A stretch of DNA of 39,283 nt from Patescibacteria group bacterium (GCA_038062935.1 JBBTWG010000023.1:1-39283), one strand, 5' to 3'; shown: positions 27,220-37,396, numbered from the stretch's first letter. Notes: a model not told the origin generated them from the sequence alone. Translations and numbers: made by a program.

Positions 27220-27626
27220 GATTTTGATTTTATGTACGTTCCCGTGAACGTGACGTTCATTCCGCCACATTGATTGTTATCTTTTACGGTGAGTTTTCCT
27301 GGCTTCCAGTTTACTTTTGCGTGGCAACTGTAGTCTTCTATCCCGTCGGAATAGTAAAAAACTTTCGATCTGACGGTGACATCGTGGTCGAGTTCGCCGG
27401 TATGAACATTGTCAGGATTGTATGTGCTTGTCCAATAGGCAAATCCGGAGACGTGGAATTTTTTGCCACTGATGCGCTTGAGATCGATGTATTGTCCGGT
27501 GTCTTGCTTCCCTTCCCGGATGAGGACGTAGTGACCTTCGAGGTTATCGATGGGTGACAGGGCTTGCGCTATGCCGGTGAAGATGAGGAGCGAGAGGCTG
27601 AGGGCGAGGAAGAGGTGTTTTTTCAT
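27216..27626 (-). CDS. Secreted hypothetical protein
   Basis: Signal peptide MKKHLFLALSLSLLIFTGIAQA; beta-rich with one Cys pair (CGGMNVTFTGTY). Confidence 0.8.
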   Translation of the reverse strand: MKKHLFLALSLSLLIFTGIAQALSPIDNLEGHYVLIREGKQDTGQYIDLKRISGKKFHVSGFAYWTSTYNPDNVHTGELDHDVTVRSKVFYYSDGIEDYSCHAKVNWKPGKLTVKDNNQCGGMNVTFTGTYIKSKS

Positions 27627-27644
27627 TGGGAATATTGTGGAAAT

Positions 27645-28550
27645 TTAACTATGAAACTTCTCATGCACTTCTTTGAGTCTGCGATTCGTGAGATGCGTGT
27701 AGATTTGCGTGGTGGTGATGCTGGCGTGGCCGAGCATTTCTTGGACTGAGCGAATGTCGGCGCCGTTGACGAGGAGTTCTGTGGCGAAGGAATGGCGGAG
27801 GGTGTGAGCGGTGACGCGCTTGATGATGCCGGCCTTGAGAGCTGTATCACGGACGATTTTTTCGATGCTGACGGTCGTGAGGCGACGAGCTTCGCCGAGG
27901 GTTATGTCGGTGCCTTTTTTGCCGTGTTTGTGATTCAGGAATACTGGATCAAAACTGTCGAGGCGGGCGGCGAAATATTTTTCTAGATAATCGACGGCGC
28001 GCTGCGAGAGGAAGACGATGCGGGGTTTGCGGCCTTTGCCGCGGACCATGAATTCGCAGCGTTTGAGATCGACTTGTTTGCGGTTGAGATTGGCGAGTTC
28101 GCTGACGCGCAGGCCGGTGGAGTAGAGGGTTTCGAGAATAGCTCGGTCGCGCAGGCCTCGAATGTCGTCTTTTTCGGCCGCGGCGAAGAGTCTTTCGAGT
28201 TCTTCGCGCGTGAGGAATTCGACGGTTCTTCCGGGCAATTTACTGAGTTCGATTTTTTCGGGAGCGAGAGTTTCGATGTCTTGCTTGATGAGGTGCTTGA
28301 GAAAAGCGCGAAGCGCGATGATGTGATAATTTTGCGTTTTGATGGAGAGATCGCCGCGACGACTGAGATGGAGGCGGAAATCCTGGACCTGATCGAGGGT
28401 GAGTTTTTCGATTTTGAAATTTTTCCCGGCATTTTTTTCGGCCCAGTCGGCGAAACGAGTGAGGTAGTGGCGATAATTGATGATCGTGCGAGGGGACTGG
28501 TTTTTGCTGATTTCGCAGTGCTCGAGATATTTTTCGAGAAGGTTTCGCAT
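27645..28550 (-). CDS. XerC/XerD-family tyrosine recombinase
   Basis: SAM-like N-terminus, LYSTGLRVSEL, GKGRK.R, HTLRHSFAT, LGHASITTTQIY. Confidence 0.95.
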   Translation of the reverse strand: MRNLLEKYLEHCEISKNQSPRTIINYRHYLTRFADWAEKNAGKNFKIEKLTLDQVQDFRLHLSRRGDLSIKTQNYHIIALRAFLKHLIKQDIETLAPEKIELSKLPGRTVEFLTREELERLFAAAEKDDIRGLRDRAILETLYSTGLRVSELANLNRKQVDLKRCEFMVRGKGRKPRIVFLSQRAVDYLEKYFAARLDSFDPVFLNHKHGKKGTDITLGEARRLTTVSIEKIVRDTALKAGIIKRVTAHTLRHSFATELLVNGADIRSVQEMLGHASITTTQIYTHLTNRRLKEVHEKFHS

Positions 28551-28648
28551 GACGCTATACTACGTGAAAATCCGAGGGTTTGGAACTGGTCTCTTGTGGC
28601 TGATCGCAACCTGTGTGTATGATGCTGGTGCTTTATTTCCCTATTTCT

Positions 28649-29206
28649 ATGAAAAAACTTGATCCTTTTTATTGGTACATGATTCTGGCTCATCGGCAGC
28701 TTTTGAAGGCTCATCTTCATGCGGAAGAGAAAATTTTTGTTTTTACGAATATCAATAAACATCGAACGGCCCAGTGGATCAATCTTTTTGCTGCGGTGAT
28801 TATTTTTTTCGCGTTGAGATCGGTGCCGCGAGCGGATATGGGATCGGTGATTTCGGCACTTTTGGCTCCGGTGATGGTGATGGGTGGGGCTTGGTTTTCT
28901 CTGAGTTTTGGAGCTATTCCGGCGAGGCTTATTGATTGTTCGATGTCGGTGACGCTGTGGATGTACACGGGGTTTAAAGTGTCTCTGACGACAATGTTTC
29001 TGGCTCTGGGGTTCATTACTCCTCCGCTTTTGTGGATTGTTTTTGCGGTGATTTATTTGGCGATGGATCTCAGTTCTACGGTGTACGACACGGCTGATGG
29101 ACTGAAGGCTGGGCTAGATGAAGCAGTTTTGAAGCATTCGCGTGCGGCGCTGATTTACTATAATTCTCAGGGGATTCGAGTGGAGGATGAGAATTCTTCT
29201 TCATAA
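28649..29206 (+). CDS. Hypothetical membrane protein
   Basis: About four hydrophobic segments; ends 3 bp before the dGTPase-like gene. Start uncertain. Confidence 0.7.
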   Translation: MKKLDPFYWYMILAHRQLLKAHLHAEEKIFVFTNINKHRTAQWINLFAAVIIFFALRSVPRADMGSVISALLAPVMVMGGAWFSLSFGAIPARLIDCSMSVTLWMYTGFKVSLTTMFLALGFITPPLLWIVFAVIYLAMDLSSTVYDTADGLKAGLDEAVLKHSRAALIYYNSQGIRVEDENSSS

Positions 29207-29209
29207 ATT

Positions 29210-30346
29210 ATGCAACTCTTTTCTCGCGAAGTTATTGAAAACCGGGAATGCGAAACTTTGGCTGCTTTTGCTGTGAAGAGTGGGCAGTCGCAGGGGCGTA
29301 TGTATGCGACTTCAGTGGATTCCTATCGCACGTGCTTCCAGCGGGATCGGGATCGAATTATTCATTCGAAGGCTTTTCGCAGACTTCAGGCGAAGACACA
29401 AGTTTTTGTTTCTTCAGAAGGGGATCATTATCGCAATCGCATGATTCATTCGGTGGAATGTGCGCAGATTAGTCGTGGACTGTGTCGGACTTTTGGCCTG
29501 AATGAAGACCTTGGTGAGGCAATTGCGTTGGCGCATGATCTCGGACACACGCCTTTTGGACATGCTGGTGAGGCGGCGATGAATGAGATTTTGCAAGGCT
29601 TTGATTTGCATTTTGAACACAATGAACAAAGCTTGCGAGTTGTCGAAAAATTGGAAAAAATTTCTCCAGATTTCGAGGGATTGAATCTCACAAAAGAAGT
29701 TTTGGATGGGATGCTCAAGCATCACACGCCTTTTGATCGACCGAAAATGAAATTTGTTTACTCGGCACATCTGGAAGGGCAGGTTGTGGATTTGGGCGAC
29801 GAGATCGCCTACATGAGCGCGGATATCGATGATGGACTCCGGTCAGAAGTTTTTTCTTTTGAAGATTTGCGCGGTGTGCCTCTGATGCGCGAGATTCTGG
29901 AACGCGTGTCGCATGGCTATGACCTGGGAATATTTGATGAGACGCTTCGAGCGAGAGTTTCAAATGCTTTGATGCGTGCGATGGTGGAAGATGTGTCTAC
30001 TGAATCGCAAAAACGGCTTTTGGAAAATAAGATTTTGACGCTGGAGGATGTTCAAAAATATCCTGCGGTTTTAATTTCTTTCAGTCCGGATTTTCGAATT
30101 GCACTTGATTTGGTTCGGAAATTTTTACTGGAAAATTTTTATCATAGTCCGAGGGTGAAGGCGCAGACCGATCATGGACAATCTATTATTCGCGATCTTT
30201 TTTCGGCTTTTTTGAAAGATCCTTCAAAGTTGCCGGAGCGGGCACGAGTGATGATGGCAGACGGTGAACGAATAGAAGTCGTGGTGAAAGACTATGTTGC
30301 TGGAATGACGGATACTTTTGCGGAGAGGATGTGGTCGGAGATGTGA
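29210..30346 (+). CDS. dgt: dGTP triphosphohydrolase-like HD protein
   Basis: FQRDRDRIIHSKAFRRL..KTQV, HDLGHTPFGHAGE, FEHNEQS, DYVAGMTD. Confidence 0.93.
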   Translation: MQLFSREVIENRECETLAAFAVKSGQSQGRMYATSVDSYRTCFQRDRDRIIHSKAFRRLQAKTQVFVSSEGDHYRNRMIHSVECAQISRGLCRTFGLNEDLGEAIALAHDLGHTPFGHAGEAAMNEILQGFDLHFEHNEQSLRVVEKLEKISPDFEGLNLTKEVLDGMLKHHTPFDRPKMKFVYSAHLEGQVVDLGDEIAYMSADIDDGLRSEVFSFEDLRGVPLMREILERVSHGYDLGIFDETLRARVSNALMRAMVEDVSTESQKRLLENKILTLEDVQKYPAVLISFSPDFRIALDLVRKFLLENFYHSPRVKAQTDHGQSIIRDLFSAFLKDPSKLPERARVMMADGERIEVVVKDYVAGMTDTFAERMWSEM

Positions 30347-30450
30347 AACGCTTTTTCCCGGAAATATCTTTTTTATTCTAGCGCCTCTGTCTTCAATTAG
30401 TGCACTCAACCGGTTCAAAAATATTAATTTCTTTGCTAGAGTATGCGCGT

Positions 30451-30897
30451 ATGCATTGTCCGAAATGTTCCAATAAGGATACGAGTGTTCTCGATTCTCG
30501 TGTGACACATGAGGGGAAATCGATTCGGCGGCGGCGGGAATGTGATGCTTGTCATGCTCGGTTTACGACTTTTGAGCGGGTGGAAATGAGTGCTTTCATT
30601 GTGGTGAAGCGCGATAATTCTCGGGAGTCGTATAGTCGAGAAAAGGTGGAACGTGGGATTTGGCGGGCGTGTGAGAAACGCGCGATTGGGAAGGATCAGA
30701 TTGATCGTATGATGAATGAGCTCGAGGAAGAATGGTCACGCCTCGGGAAAGAGGTTCCGAGTCAGGCGATCGGAGAGGCAATTATGGAGCGACTGCGCAA
30801 AATCGATGATGTGGCGTATATCCGTTTTGCTTCGGTGTATCGACAATTTCGAGATATTGAAACGTTCAAAAAAGAGCTGCAGAAGCTTCTGGATTAG
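30451..30897 (+). CDS. nrdR: Transcriptional repressor NrdR
   Basis: MHCPKC..V.DSR..IRRRREC..C..RFTTFER; ATP cone; VAYIRFASVYR. Confidence 0.97.
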   Translation: MHCPKCSNKDTSVLDSRVTHEGKSIRRRRECDACHARFTTFERVEMSAFIVVKRDNSRESYSREKVERGIWRACEKRAIGKDQIDRMMNELEEEWSRLGKEVPSQAIGEAIMERLRKIDDVAYIRFASVYRQFRDIETFKKELQKLLD

Positions 30898-31394
30898 CGC
30901 TTGTTCGCTGCGGTTTTTGCGGAACAGATGTCAATTTCCTTGATTTCTTTCCATATGCCTTCGGATTTCTGATGAAATGCCAGGGTTGCCTTTGGCTCCT
31001 CTCCGAGAATACGACATTCAATAATTGCTCTTTCTGTTTCTTGTCCCAAGACTTCCAAGACTTTGTCTTTTCTTTCTTTTATGTCTTTAAAATTGCCGAG
31101 TATGCCCCCCACTGCGCCTTCACAACGCTTGCACATATCATCTATGATTCCTCTCTCTTTCAAGGAATTCATTATCACTGTTTGGTCGAGAACTTCTTGA
31201 TCCTTCTTTATCCACAGAGCGAGACTTACTGCTCCGAGTGCGGCTGCCGCGAAAAGTCCTACCCATGTTCTAATGCTTCTGTTGACCTGAGCCTTTCTCT
31301 GTTTCTCGCTCGCTCTTCGCAAGATAGTAAGACCATCCTCGACTGATATTCTTGGATGCGTCCCGTCTCCATCGCTTGGTGTTCTTATTCTCAT
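30894..31394 (-). CDS. Hypothetical single-pass membrane protein
   Basis: One TM segment (WVGLFAAAALGAVSLALWI); has its own promoter candidate. Confidence 0.7.
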   Translation of the reverse strand: MRIRTPSDGDGTHPRISVEDGLTILRRASEKQRKAQVNRSIRTWVGLFAAAALGAVSLALWIKKDQEVLDQTVIMNSLKERGIIDDMCKRCEGAVGGILGNFKDIKERKDKVLEVLGQETERAIIECRILGEEPKATLAFHQKSEGIWKEIKEIDICSAKTAANKR

Positions 31395-31426
31395 AGAATT
31401 TGAGATACTTTTTTAAAAAGGGTCTG

Positions 31427-31470
31427 ATTATCCACCTTACTTGACAAAATGTCAAATTTTGATGTATAAT
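31427..31470. promoter_or_regulatory. Overlapping divergent sigma70 promoters
   Basis: Plus strand: TTGACA(31441)-18-TATAAT(31465). Minus strand: TTGACA(31455-31450)-17-GATAAT(31432-31427). Confidence 0.7.
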
Positions 31471-31523
31471 GAAGTCGGTTTCGATGCTTTTGAAGCCAAA
31501 AATAAAAATTAAAACACAGAAAT

Positions 31524-32858
31524 ATGGCTCGACGACGTTCCGGTTCTTCCCGCTCTCTTGTGGCTGCATTGGCCTTGGCTTTTACGGTCGGTGGATCTCT
31601 GGGGTTTCTGTCTCATGATGCCCTTCCGGGACTCGTCAAGACTTCGATTTTGGCGAATCTTATCAATCCTGCGGTGATGGAACGTGTCGCTTCTCTGGAA
31701 ACTGTGAAACGTTTTGGAGAAATTTTGGCATATCATACGACCGACAGTGGAGAGCTGATCGAAGCGCAAGTTGGCGGTGATCCAAGTGATGCTTCCAGTG
31801 TTACGAATATCATTGCTCCTCTTGCGACTGAGCCAGTGGCTCCACCTGCGATAGAGATTCCTGATAATCTCCCAACGATCGATGGGTCGACTGATTGCAG
31901 TATTCCCACAGTGGAACAACCTTTGTATGGCGCAATTCCGGTCAGCACTCCAAATATGCATAACGGCATTCCTGGTGAATCGGCGGAAGTGACTATTTTG
32001 ATGCAAAATACCGGGAATATTCCTTGGTTTTCTGATCAAAGTGGATGTAAATCACGAATCCCTGTACAGCTCGGCACGATGCGCGAACGTGACCATGCGA
32101 GTGCTCTCTACACTGGTACGAGTGAAAGTGGATGGATTTCTCTGAATCGAATTGCTCTGGATACTCCTCGCGTCGATCCTGGCGAGACGGGTGTTTTCCG
32201 TTTTATGGCAAAATTTCCGAGGATTGAAGACGTGTATCGAGAATATTTTGGGCTCGTGATTCCTGGCGTTCAATGGGTTGATGCCAGTGAAGTGGCTCTG
32301 AATTTTGTTTCTGGTGAGCCTTATTCTTCTGATGAATTGGCACAGCGTTTGAATTACCTGAATGATTCTTCTCCTGGACGCGTGATTCATTTCGATCAGC
32401 CACGCAGTATGGATGTCAGCATTTCTGAACAGACAGCTCGCTTGAAAATTGGAGAGTATGTGGTTCGAAAATTTTCAGTGAGTACAGGAAGTGATCAGCA
32501 TCCAACGCCATTGAGAAACTGGAAGGTGCTTTTCAAACAACAGTGGAGAATCGGTGCGAAAGCGCCATATTATATTATGCCAAAATTTGTGGCACTTGAT
32601 CGTGGTAATGGATTTGAAGGATACGGACTGCATGCGCTCCCGAGTTTGGGAAATTCCAACCTTCGCAATCGTATTGGCGAGCTCGGATCGGATACACCTG
32701 TGCCGACGGAATGGTTTACGCAGGACGGCATGTGGACAGAAGCATATAGCCACATCGGAACCCGTAGAAGCCATGGCTGTGTACGATTTCTGCCAATCGA
32801 TCAGGAATTTGTGTACGATTTCATCGATATCGGAACTGAAATCGTGACGCATAATTAG
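31524..32858 (+). CDS. L,D-transpeptidase (YkuD family) with an N-terminal anchor and an Ig-like domain
   Basis: VSISEQ..FSVSTG..TP..YGLH..SHGCVR; Ig-like QNTGNIPW..VDPGETGVF. Confidence 0.88.
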   Translation: MARRRSGSSRSLVAALALAFTVGGSLGFLSHDALPGLVKTSILANLINPAVMERVASLETVKRFGEILAYHTTDSGELIEAQVGGDPSDASSVTNIIAPLATEPVAPPAIEIPDNLPTIDGSTDCSIPTVEQPLYGAIPVSTPNMHNGIPGESAEVTILMQNTGNIPWFSDQSGCKSRIPVQLGTMRERDHASALYTGTSESGWISLNRIALDTPRVDPGETGVFRFMAKFPRIEDVYREYFGLVIPGVQWVDASEVALNFVSGEPYSSDELAQRLNYLNDSSPGRVIHFDQPRSMDVSISEQTARLKIGEYVVRKFSVSTGSDQHPTPLRNWKVLFKQQWRIGAKAPYYIMPKFVALDRGNGFEGYGLHALPSLGNSNLRNRIGELGSDTPVPTEWFTQDGMWTEAYSHIGTRRSHGCVRFLPIDQEFVYDFIDIGTEIVTHN

Positions 32859-32905
32859 AGCTATGCTACAATCCCTCTGCTTTGACTTGGTTTTTTGATA
32901 TACGC

Positions 32906-32981
32906 GGCGGCGTACCCAAGTGGTTAAGGGAGCAGTTTGCAAAACTGCGATGCATCGGTTCGATTCCGATCGCCGCCTCCA
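32906..32981 (+). tRNA. tRNA-Cys(GCA)
   Basis: Acceptor stem GGCGGCG/CGCCGCC, U discriminator, anticodon arm GCAGT-TTGCAAA-ACTGC, GGTTCGATTCC, CCA. Confidence 0.96.
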
Positions 32982-32984
32982 TGA

Positions 32985-33028
32985 GTTAGGAATTAGGATT
33001 GAGGATGTAGGATGTAGGAATTGAATTT
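32985..33028. repeat. TAGGATT/TAGGAAT heptamer repeats
   Basis: ttaggaa ttaggat tgaggat gtaggat gtaggaa ttgaatt. Confidence 0.75.
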
Positions 33029-33974
33029 ACATTCGTTCGGTTTTTTCGTACGCGCGTTCGAGGGCGAATGCTTTGGCTTCCCCGAAGCATTCCTCTTCTC
33101 CAAAACAGGGTTGTTCGTGTGCCTGGAGATATTGTTTTAGGGCGTTTTTGTAGGTGGTATTCATTTGAGTGGCGTAGAGTGCATATTCTGGATTCTGATA
33201 CATCCATTTTGCTTTTTTGAGCCACAAATTCATGGTGATGTCGGCCTCCAACAGATATTCTCGGCTTGCATCTCCGGTCGGGATGACACGGAGTTTGTCG
33301 CCCATATCTTTTTCGAATTCGAGGAAAAGTTGTGCTGCGATTTTTTTGAGATTTTGTTCGACTAGATTTTCCCCGTCTTTTTCATGGATACTTTTGGCGA
33401 GTGCTTTTATTATATGTTTTGCCCTTGTGAAAAATGGGTCATCCTGAACATTTTCCTGGTCCGCGATGATGTCTAATCCTTGAAGACTTTTTGAGCTCAT
33501 AAGCCTTTCCCAATTTCCGGAAAAAATATCTTCTTTGAATCCTTCTGCGAGTTTGAGGAGATCTTCTTTTGAAACCTCGGCACTTTCAATTGCTTCACGA
33601 AACAGATCTTTGTCCGCAATCTGTATCCTTAATCGCAAGCTCTCTGGGTCTCCGGCCTTTTTGGCCTTTGACATCACCTGTAATCCACATTCACGAGCCA
33701 ATTGCTGTATTTCTTTAGCCATATTCAAATCTGTTGCTTGTTGTGAATTTCTTGCCGTTCTCAATGCTTCTGATTCGTCTCTGAGCATGTCATCCACTGC
33801 CTCCCGAATGCTCGCCCTCTGTCTGAGCCTCACTTTTCCAATTCTGCTGACAGCTCCCACGGCTTTTTCTTGGCCTCTGGCTATGTTTGCACTTGAATCC
33901 AGCCTTGCATTGTACAGCTTCAATAAATCCAAAAGTTTTTGAACACTTCCTGATGGCCGCTCAATGTTATGCAT
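33027..33974 (-). CDS. Hypothetical helical protein
   Basis: Long charged ORF with no recognised motif; ATG 33974 preferred as start. Confidence 0.75.
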   Translation of the reverse strand: MHNIERPSGSVQKLLDLLKLYNARLDSSANIARGQEKAVGAVSRIGKVRLRQRASIREAVDDMLRDESEALRTARNSQQATDLNMAKEIQQLARECGLQVMSKAKKAGDPESLRLRIQIADKDLFREAIESAEVSKEDLLKLAEGFKEDIFSGNWERLMSSKSLQGLDIIADQENVQDDPFFTRAKHIIKALAKSIHEKDGENLVEQNLKKIAAQLFLEFEKDMGDKLRVIPTGDASREYLLEADITMNLWLKKAKWMYQNPEYALYATQMNTTYKNALKQYLQAHEQPCFGEEECFGEAKAFALERAYEKTERM

Positions 33975-34030
33975 AGGTGATATTTTCCCGTATTTCCCTT
34001 GTTTTGTCAAATTTTGGCTTTGACCTGAAT

Positions 34031-35065
34031 TTAATTCCTTCCTTTTCTTACTTCAAATGGGTTCCTTTTCAAGATGCTTTCTGCGTCTTTTTCCAGGACT
34101 TCCCTGATTCCTTTTTCTGTTTGTCCGGGGTAGTTTCTTGCCAACCAGTCCACAATTCCTGTTCCTTTAAAATCTCCTGATTTCCATTTTTTCATTGTTG
34201 AGATTGCCCATTTTTTGCCGATTGGCAACCTTCTTGTGTTTTCCATGAAGAATATTCGTACGTCCTCTTTTTTTATTTCATCTTTTGCATATGGATTTCT
34301 TGCGAGTAAAAAATCCCTTCCCTCTTTCCCAAAAACTTTTAGCATCCAAAATTCTACGTTGCCTCTCGAGTTCTTTGTTATATTGTTTTCAATCCATTCC
34401 CTGCATGTTTCACCACTAATTCCATTTATTTCCTGTCCTCGAATTTTTGCCATGGACCATTTTTCGCCCTGCTTTAGCGATGAAAAAAAACTTTTTAGAA
34501 ATTCTCCAACCTCTGCTTTTGATCCCAGCTTTCTTTCTTTTTCTGGCGTATATGGGTTTCTTTGTAACATTTCACGTTCCATTGACCCCAAAATGTGACC
34601 TATAACCTTGCGTGTCCATCCCGATCTCGCATAAATATTCCCATAGAGTTTTTTATTTCTCGGATCACTTTTTAGTTTTCTAATATTCCATTTTTCACCC
34701 TCCCCCAATTGCTTCAAAAAAGAAATAAATTGCTGCCTTGGAGATTCTTTTTCATTTTTTGATCCTTCCAGCCACCCTTCAAATCCCATTGCTATTGCGA
34801 TTTTTAGCCGCATGCTTGCTGATATAAGCCTGTGTATGTCTTCATATTTTTGCAAGTCAGGATCCTCCTGAATCATTTTCCTTATTCTTGCACACCCTGC
34901 TGCAATATTTGGGAGCCCCCTTATTTCAAAATTCTCCATGGCGAGCCTGAGTGCTCCTGGATTTGGATACTGGATATCATTCTGAATGCAGTATGTTTCT
35001 GCCGCCTGAACTATTTCTCTGCCGGTCAGAACTTTCTTGTCTGTAAATTCTGGTTCATTTCTCAT
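34031..35065 (-). CDS. Hypothetical protein with three internal repeats of about 75-85 aa
   Basis: Recurrent L..G(E/K)KW...(L)..RNP(Y/F). Confidence 0.78.
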   Translation of the reverse strand: MRNEPEFTDKKVLTGREIVQAAETYCIQNDIQYPNPGALRLAMENFEIRGLPNIAAGCARIRKMIQEDPDLQKYEDIHRLISASMRLKIAIAMGFEGWLEGSKNEKESPRQQFISFLKQLGEGEKWNIRKLKSDPRNKKLYGNIYARSGWTRKVIGHILGSMEREMLQRNPYTPEKERKLGSKAEVGEFLKSFFSSLKQGEKWSMAKIRGQEINGISGETCREWIENNITKNSRGNVEFWMLKVFGKEGRDFLLARNPYAKDEIKKEDVRIFFMENTRRLPIGKKWAISTMKKWKSGDFKGTGIVDWLARNYPGQTEKGIREVLEKDAESILKRNPFEVRKGRN

Positions 35066-35126
35066 ATTAATGGCTTACTTTACATGCATTTCAAATAAAA
35101 TCAAGAGCTGGTATAATCTGCTGACT

Positions 35127-37379
35127 ATGGGACATTTTCTGGATGAATTGAATGATCCACAGCGAGATGCGGTGGTGACGATGGAGGGGCCTCTGCTTGT
35201 GATTGCGGGAGCGGGGAGCGGAAAAACGAAGGCACTCACGCATCGGATTGCGTATATGATTCAGGAGCGCGGGGTTTCTCCGTGGAATATTTTGGCGGTA
35301 ACTTTCACGAACAAGGCGGCGCAGGAGATGAAGGAGCGCATTGCGAAATTGACATCTGTATCAGTCGGACAGAGCTTCATGGAAAATCTGGATCTGCCGA
35401 CGATTGGAACTTTCCACTCGGTGTGTGTGAAGATTTTGCGAAAATATGGACATGTTCTGGGGTATGAAAATTCTTTTACAATTTATGACGGGACGGATCA
35501 GGAAATTCTCATGAAGCAGCTCATGGAGCAGCGAAAAATGGATCCAAAGAAAATGAATCCGAAAGCGATTTTGGGTGGGATTTCTGGAGCGAAAAATCAA
35601 CTCATCACGGCGAAGGAGTATCAAAAATATGCGAATTCGCATTTCACAGAGACGATTGCGGAGCTGTATCCGCCCTATCAGAAAGCGCTTCGGGAGAATG
35701 GTGCGATGGATTTCGATGATTTGATCATGAATGTGGTGACGATTTTCCGTACTGATGCAGCGGTACTGACGGAATATCAGGATCGATTTGGATATATTTC
35801 TGTCGATGAGTATCAGGATACAAATCACGCGCAATATACTTTTTCGAAATTGCTTGCGGAGAAGTATCGGAATATCTGTGCGATTGGAGATGAAGATCAG
35901 AGTATTTATAGTTGGCGCGGTGCGACGATTCGCAATATTCTGGATTTCGAGAAAGATTATCCGGAGGCGAAAGTGATCAAGCTGGAGCAGAATTATCGCT
36001 CGACGCAGCCGATTTTGGATGCGGCGCATTCGGTGATTCGCCTGAACAGTCAGCGCAAAGAGAAAAAACTCTGGACGGAGAAAACGATTGGCGATCCGGT
36101 GAAAATCTGGGCGTGTCGCAATGAGCGCGCGGAGGGTGAGATGGTGGCGCAGGAAATTCTGAAGACGATGCGGACGTATGAAGCGCCGGATTATCAGGAC
36201 TTCGTAGTGCTGTATCGCACGAATGCGCAGTCGCGTGTGATGGAGGAAATTTTTCTGCGCAATGGAATTCCGTATAAAATTATTGGTGGGATTAAATTTT
36301 ATGATCGCAAAGAAATCAAGGATCTGATTGCGTATCTGCGAGTGATTCAGAATCCTCGTGATTCGGTGAGTATGATGCGGATCCTGAATGTGCCGGCGAG
36401 GAATATCGGCGCGAAGACGATCGAGGCGGTGCAGCAATTTGCGTTGTCGCGTGGTGTTTCTTTTTTCGAGGCGATGGATGACATCGCGTCTTTTGGAGAA
36501 CTCGCGGACGCGAAAGTTCTTGCGATTCAGAAGTTTGTGGCGCTGATTCGTCGGTTGCAAAATTTCAATACACAAGAGACGGCGGCGGGGATGATTAAAT
36601 ATGTTTTTGAAGAAGCGGGATATCGCGCGTTTCTGGATGATGGCTCTAGCGAGGGCGAAGAACGACTCGAAAACGTGCGGGAAATGATTTCAGTGGCGAA
36701 AAAATATGATGCGCTGGAACCAGGAATGAGTCTGAAAATTTTCCTGGAGGAAGTGAGTCTCATCGCGGATGCGGAGCGGACAGAGGAGAAAAAGAATTCA
36801 GTGACGATGATGACGATTCACTCGGCGAAAGGTTTGGAATTTCCTGTCGTTTTCGTGGTGGGAATGGAAGAGGGGATTTTTCCGCATGGACGCAATGCCC
36901 TGGAACGTGATCTGCTGGAGGAAGAACGTCGCCTCATGTACGTGGCGGTGACGCGCGCGAAAGAAAAATTGTATCTGCTTTTTGCGCAGGAACGCATGTT
37001 GTATGGCGAATATAAAAATAACCCGCCGTCGCAATTTCTCGCGGTGCTTCCGGAAGATGTGGTGGAGAGAAATTATGATCTGATGGGAGGACGTGGGCGT
37101 GTGGGTGGTTTCGGTGGTGCGGGTGTGAGCACATTTGGTAGCTCCGGTGGCCGACAATTTCAGCCGATTACAGATTTATCACAAAGTTCGAAACCGGTGC
37201 CGATGGAAGATGTCGAGTCGGTGTATCAGAAAGGTGATACAGTCATGCATCCTTCTTTTGGGCCTGGGACGGTGATGAGCGTCGCTGGCGGCGTGATTGA
37301 AATTATTTTCGAAGATCCGGATGTGGGCGTGAAGAAATTGGCGGTGAGTATTGCGCCGTTGAAGAAGATTGCGATCTAG
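35127..37379 (+). CDS. pcrA: UvrD/PcrA superfamily 1 DNA helicase
   Basis: AGAGSGKT, TFTNKAA, VDEYQD, GDEDQSIYSWRGA, LEQNYRS, TIHSAKGLEF, EERRLMYVAVTRA; Tudor-like C-terminus. TATAAT at 35112. Confidence 0.96.
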   Translation: MGHFLDELNDPQRDAVVTMEGPLLVIAGAGSGKTKALTHRIAYMIQERGVSPWNILAVTFTNKAAQEMKERIAKLTSVSVGQSFMENLDLPTIGTFHSVCVKILRKYGHVLGYENSFTIYDGTDQEILMKQLMEQRKMDPKKMNPKAILGGISGAKNQLITAKEYQKYANSHFTETIAELYPPYQKALRENGAMDFDDLIMNVVTIFRTDAAVLTEYQDRFGYISVDEYQDTNHAQYTFSKLLAEKYRNICAIGDEDQSIYSWRGATIRNILDFEKDYPEAKVIKLEQNYRSTQPILDAAHSVIRLNSQRKEKKLWTEKTIGDPVKIWACRNERAEGEMVAQEILKTMRTYEAPDYQDFVVLYRTNAQSRVMEEIFLRNGIPYKIIGGIKFYDRKEIKDLIAYLRVIQNPRDSVSMMRILNVPARNIGAKTIEAVQQFALSRGVSFFEAMDDIASFGELADAKVLAIQKFVALIRRLQNFNTQETAAGMIKYVFEEAGYRAFLDDGSSEGEERLENVREMISVAKKYDALEPGMSLKIFLEEVSLIADAERTEEKKNSVTMMTIHSAKGLEFPVVFVVGMEEGIFPHGRNALERDLLEEERRLMYVAVTRAKEKLYLLFAQERMLYGEYKNNPPSQFLAVLPEDVVERNYDLMGGRGRVGGFGGAGVSTFGSSGGRQFQPITDLSQSSKPVPMEDVESVYQKGDTVMHPSFGPGTVMSVAGGVIEIIFEDPDVGVKKLAVSIAPLKKIAI

Positions 37380-37396
37380 GAATTCAACTTTGGGTC

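Noticed and set aside
27645-28550. Integron integrase, with the long palindromic elements as attC sites
   Set aside because: The protein lacks the IntI-specific insertion and looks like a housekeeping Xer; the elements lack RYYYAAC/GTTRRRY ends. No dif site was recognised either.
32906-35100. Island integrated at tRNA-Cys
   Set aside because: I found no duplicated tRNA 3' end (att site) and no adjacent integrase; the only support is orphan genes with lower GC.
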